The notes under the pieces are model-generated. The model was given only the letters and a program-made list of their open reading frames with translations. It searched no databases and had not been told where the DNA came from. Of a DNA stretch of 64,000 nucleotides, positions 61,574 through 64,000 are shown in pieces. The DNA is from Candidatus Caldarchaeum sp. (lineage in GTDB: Archaea > Thermoproteota > Nitrososphaeria_A > Caldarchaeales > Caldarchaeaceae). The stretch is from assembly GCA_033580815.1 (NCBI GenBank), contig JAVQUC010000002.1:91150-155149 (forward strand), written 5' to 3'. How positions within the stretch are numbered: position 1 is the stretch's first letter; the number at the start of each line of letters is the position of its first letter. A program made the translations under genes and the position numbers.

Positions 61574-62337
61574 GGCTCAGCCTCCACCTCCCTAAAACCA
61601 GGGGCCCACGCGTTGAAAAGCCTGTAGAAGTTGACCACCTCTCGTTTTTCGAGACCAAGCTCGACGAACCTCTTGGACAACGACTGGGTATTAAGTGACT
61701 CTTTCGGCCCGAAGCATCCATAGCATCCCCTTCCATAGGAAGGGCAAAGTGCCCCACAACCGGCGTGTGTAACTGGCCCCAGACACGGAATTCCCCGGGC
61801 AACCATTACGCAGACAACTCCCTGAATCTTGCACTCCATACAGACACTGTGGTTCATTATTTTCGGCGCTCTCCCATACATATAGGATGAAAGAACTTCG
61901 TAAAGCCTGTGCTTGTTTATCGGACAGCCTCGCAGTTCGTAGTCGACTTGAACGTGGTAGGAGATTGGCGTTGATTTGTCGAGCGTCTCGATGTATTCTG
62001 GCTTGGCGTAGACGTACCGCATAAATTCGTCAGAGCCTTTCCAGTTTCGTAAAGCCTGGATGCCGCCGGCGGTAGCGCATGCACCAATAGCTATTAGGAA
62101 TCGGCTCTTCTTCCTGACTTCTTTTATGGTTTCAGCGTCGTGAGGAGTTGTGATGCTTCCCTCCACGAGAGCTATGTCGTACGGTCCTTTGACTACGGCC
62201 TTGCTTGCTTCGAGAAAGTAGGCGATTTCGAATTTCTGGCCGATCGTGAGGAGTTCGTCCTCGAGGTCTAGGATGGTGAGTTGGCAGCCGTCACAGGACG
62301 CGAATTTGAAAACAGCTATCTTAGGCTTTTTGCTCAT
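61570..62337 (-). CDS. hydD: NiFe-hydrogenase small subunit (delta)
   Basis: [13 protein letters not shown] proximal-cluster motif, then GACATAGG and a C-terminal Cys-rich region. ATGA overlap with hydA. Confidence 0.85.
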   Translation of the reverse strand: MSKKPKIAVFKFASCDGCQLTILDLEDELLTIGQKFEIAYFLEASKAVVKGPYDIALVEGSITTPHDAETIKEVRKKSRFLIAIGACATAGGIQALRNWKGSDEFMRYVYAKPEYIETLDKSTPISYHVQVDYELRGCPINKHRLYEVLSSYMYGRAPKIMNHSVCMECKIQGVVCVMVARGIPCLGPVTHAGCGALCPSYGRGCYGCFGPKESLNTQSLSKRFVELGLEKREVVNFYRLFNAWAPGFREVEAEP

Positions 62338-62340
62338 GGC

Positions 62341-63198
62341 TCATAACTCCCTCCTGTCGAAGAAATGAGAAATGTTGCTGAACCTGAAAACCGGCCCGTG
62401 CTTGCAGACAAAGTACGGCCCAAACTGACAGTGTCCGCAAAGGCCTACGCCGCATTTCATGTTCCTCTCCATCGAGAGGAATATTCTGTCTTCGGGAACT
62501 CCTTGGTTCTTCAGCTCGAGCACGGTGAATTTCATCATGATTTCAGGCCCGCAGACTAAGGCAAACGTCTTTTTTGGGTCGAGTCGGATGCTTCTGAAAA
62601 GGGTCGTGACCACCCCGATGTGTCCACGCCATCGCTCATCGCCCCTATCAACAGTCACCAAAAGTTGTGTGTCGAGCCTGCTTCTCCAACGGCTTAGCTC
62701 TTTCTTGTAGAGCAGCTCCGGGGGGCTGCGGGCGCCATACAATATGAAGAATTGGCCGTATTTTTCCCTGTTCTCGATGATATGCCTTATCGCGGGCCTA
62801 AGCGGCGCCAACCCGATACCGCCCGCCACAACGATGACATCGTGCCCTACAGCATCCTCTAACGGCCATCCAGTTCCGAAAGGTCCTCTGACACCTATGG
62901 TGTCGTTCTCGCGGCTCCTGACGATCGCTCTGGTGACTGGTCCCACGGCTCTCACTGTGAAGAATATCGTGTTGTCTTTGGGAGATAGTGCGCTTAACGA
63001 GATGGGTGTTTCGCCGACTCCGTAAACGTATAGCATGGCGAATTGCCCTGGAAGAGCGGTGAAACGCCTGTCGTCCAAAGGCCTTACGCCTAATGTGTAT
63101 GTGTCTGGGTTTTCCTTCGTTTTAGAAGTCACTTTGAACCAGTTGATGTGGAAAGTCTCGACTCCGGGGAATGTTTCAATGGTTTGGACAACTGTCAT
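62341..63198 (-). CDS. hydG: Sulfhydrogenase gamma subunit (FAD/NAD(P)H-binding, 2Fe-2S; PyrK-like)
   Basis: Ferredoxin-reductase fold (RPLDDRRFTALPGQF, GGIGLAPL) and C-terminal CGVGLCGHCQ. Confidence 0.85.
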   Translation of the reverse strand: MTVVQTIETFPGVETFHINWFKVTSKTKENPDTYTLGVRPLDDRRFTALPGQFAMLYVYGVGETPISLSALSPKDNTIFFTVRAVGPVTRAIVRSRENDTIGVRGPFGTGWPLEDAVGHDVIVVAGGIGLAPLRPAIRHIIENREKYGQFFILYGARSPPELLYKKELSRWRSRLDTQLLVTVDRGDERWRGHIGVVTTLFRSIRLDPKKTFALVCGPEIMMKFTVLELKNQGVPEDRIFLSMERNMKCGVGLCGHCQFGPYFVCKHGPVFRFSNISHFFDRREL

Positions 63199-63680
63199 TC
63201 AGCCTTCACCGCCGGTGCTCCGTATATATCTAACAGCCTGAGCCTCGCCGCCTTCAGTCTGTCACCAACAACGTTAACGATTCTCTTGTATATCTCGCAC
63301 CCGAGACTTGCGTCTTGCTCCATCATCCTCAAGACTTTTTCGCTATCAAAAGTGATTGCGAGGGTGTTTTCCAAAACGGTCGCGCCCGCTGTCTTCTTGA
63401 ACGGTGGGATCAGCGAGGACCATCCCAAAACCTCCCCGGAGCCGACTGTTTCGAAGCGAAACTCTCCACGACCGGGAACGTAGAAATACAGCGCGACCAA
63501 ACCATAGACTATTAGGTAAAATCTCCTGTGAATTTCGTTTTCCTCGAAGACCTTTTGACCGGCCGTGAACCGTGAAAGGCTGGCGGCTGAGGCAAGCGCC
63601 TCGATCCTTTCTTCTGACAGTCCTTTAGTGAATGGGTGGTCTTTCAGTAGTGTAATCAGTTCAACGTGCTCCTGACTCAT
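63195..63680 (-). CDS. Stand-alone cyclic-nucleotide-binding-like (CAP effector) domain protein embedded in the hydrogenase operon
   Basis: 161 aa from ATG 63680. [54 protein letters not shown]...[12 protein letters not shown]...[22 protein letters not shown] follows the cNMP-binding beta-roll pattern. There is no DNA-binding or other domain. ATGA overlaps occur at both ends (with the hydB stop and the hydG start). Confidence 0.7.
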   Translation of the reverse strand: MSQEHVELITLLKDHPFTKGLSEERIEALASAASLSRFTAGQKVFEENEIHRRFYLIVYGLVALYFYVPGRGEFRFETVGSGEVLGWSSLIPPFKKTAGATVLENTLAITFDSEKVLRMMEQDASLGCEIYKRIVNVVGDRLKAARLRLLDIYGAPAVKAE

Positions 63681-64000
63681 CTGTTCATCACCTCGGTCTT
63701 TCGTATTTTCGCGGCTTCTTCTGTGATGTCGATGCCGACCGGGCACCATGTGATGCACCTGCCGCAACCCACGCAGCCCATCATTCCGAACTGGTCTACC
63801 CATGTCGCGAGCTTGTGCATGAACCATTGCCTGTACCTGCTCATCCTACTTACCCGTATGGAACCGCCGTGAATGTATGAGAAGTCAGCCGTGAAACATG
63901 AATCCATACGCCTCCATCTCTCAACATAATCTCCGTCAAGAAATGTAGTTTCTTCGATGATGTTGCAGAAACATGTTGGACACACGAGGGTGCAGTTGGC
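63677..64000 (-). CDS. hydB: Sulfhydrogenase beta subunit (4Fe-4S, AsrA-like), 5' part beyond window
   Basis: The frame is open to the window edge ([13 protein letters not shown]...[18 protein letters not shown]) and carries the Cys motifs of the HydB/AsrA family. Confidence 0.8.
   Translation of the reverse strand, partial: ANCTLVCPTCFCNIIEETTFLDGDYVERWRRMDSCFTADFSYIHGGSIRVSRMSRYRQWFMHKLATWVDQFGMMGCVGCGRCITWCPVGIDITEEAAKIRKTEVMNR

Noticed and set aside
1-64000. Search for CRISPR arrays, cas genes, transposases, integrases next to the four tRNA genes, toxin-antitoxin pairs or known defence-system genes
   Set aside because: I saw no direct-repeat/spacer periodicity, no DDE/serine/tyrosine recombinase-like ORFs, and no small paired ORFs of toxin-antitoxin type. 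The tRNA genes are flanked by housekeeping genes, so I have no evidence for an integrated element or defence island.

Overview
Densely coded archaeal chromosomal segment of about 50% GC, with no rRNA genes, CRISPR arrays, transposases or integrases that I could see. Archaeal hallmarks: S12/S10/EF-1alpha, an initiator tRNA with A1:U72, an intron-containing tRNA-Tyr with C1:G72, RtcB, Cdc48, a CdvB-like ESCRT-III, ABCE1, Rio1 plus a KH protein, archaemetzincin, and TATA boxes about 25-30 nt upstream of start codons. The overall gene content suggests a TACK-type anaerobe (Bathyarchaeia-like); that assignment is inference only. Main blocks, left to right: (1) rtcB, a GapN-like aldehyde dehydrogenase and tRNA-iMet. 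(2) A roughly 12 kb nucleoside uptake/catabolism island: a BMP-family ABC transporter, cdd, nucleoside hydrolase, deoC, rbsK, uridine/purine nucleoside phosphorylase, a second PfkB kinase, and two paralogous BtpA/SgcQ TIM-barrel genes of unknown function. (3) A Tat-exported molybdopterin oxidoreductase in ttrBCA gene order with a coupled TorD-like chaperone, followed on the same strand by a stranded rps12, moaA and an orphan di-haem cytochrome b. (4) pyrB, then a head-to-head junction of two 5'-truncated genes (porB remnant and ADP-forming acetyl-CoA synthetase). (5) Translation and ribosome-biogenesis genes (Fap7, ABCE1, KH/Rio1) and a Cdc48 gene immediately followed by an ESCRT-III gene. (6) Sco1 plus a vicinal-Cys membrane protein, class II RNR, OsmC, DUF192, sufB, an orphan XDH-family large subunit, an aminotransferase, a MaoC gene with an in-frame TAG, alaX, and a candidate C/D box sRNA. 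(7) A PCuAC copper chaperone, then EF-1alpha convergent with an inverted rps10 that sits behind an ABC-2 exporter operon. (8) A chorismate mutase-aminotransferase fusion with tyrA. (9) A group 3b (sulfhydrogenase-type) NiFe-hydrogenase operon carrying an extra stand-alone cyclic-nucleotide-binding-domain gene, translationally coupled between the beta and gamma subunit genes. The two candidates I rate most novel are that hydrogenase-embedded cNMP-domain gene and the BtpA/PfkB pairing in the nucleoside island. All functional calls come from motif recognition by eye, with no database search.
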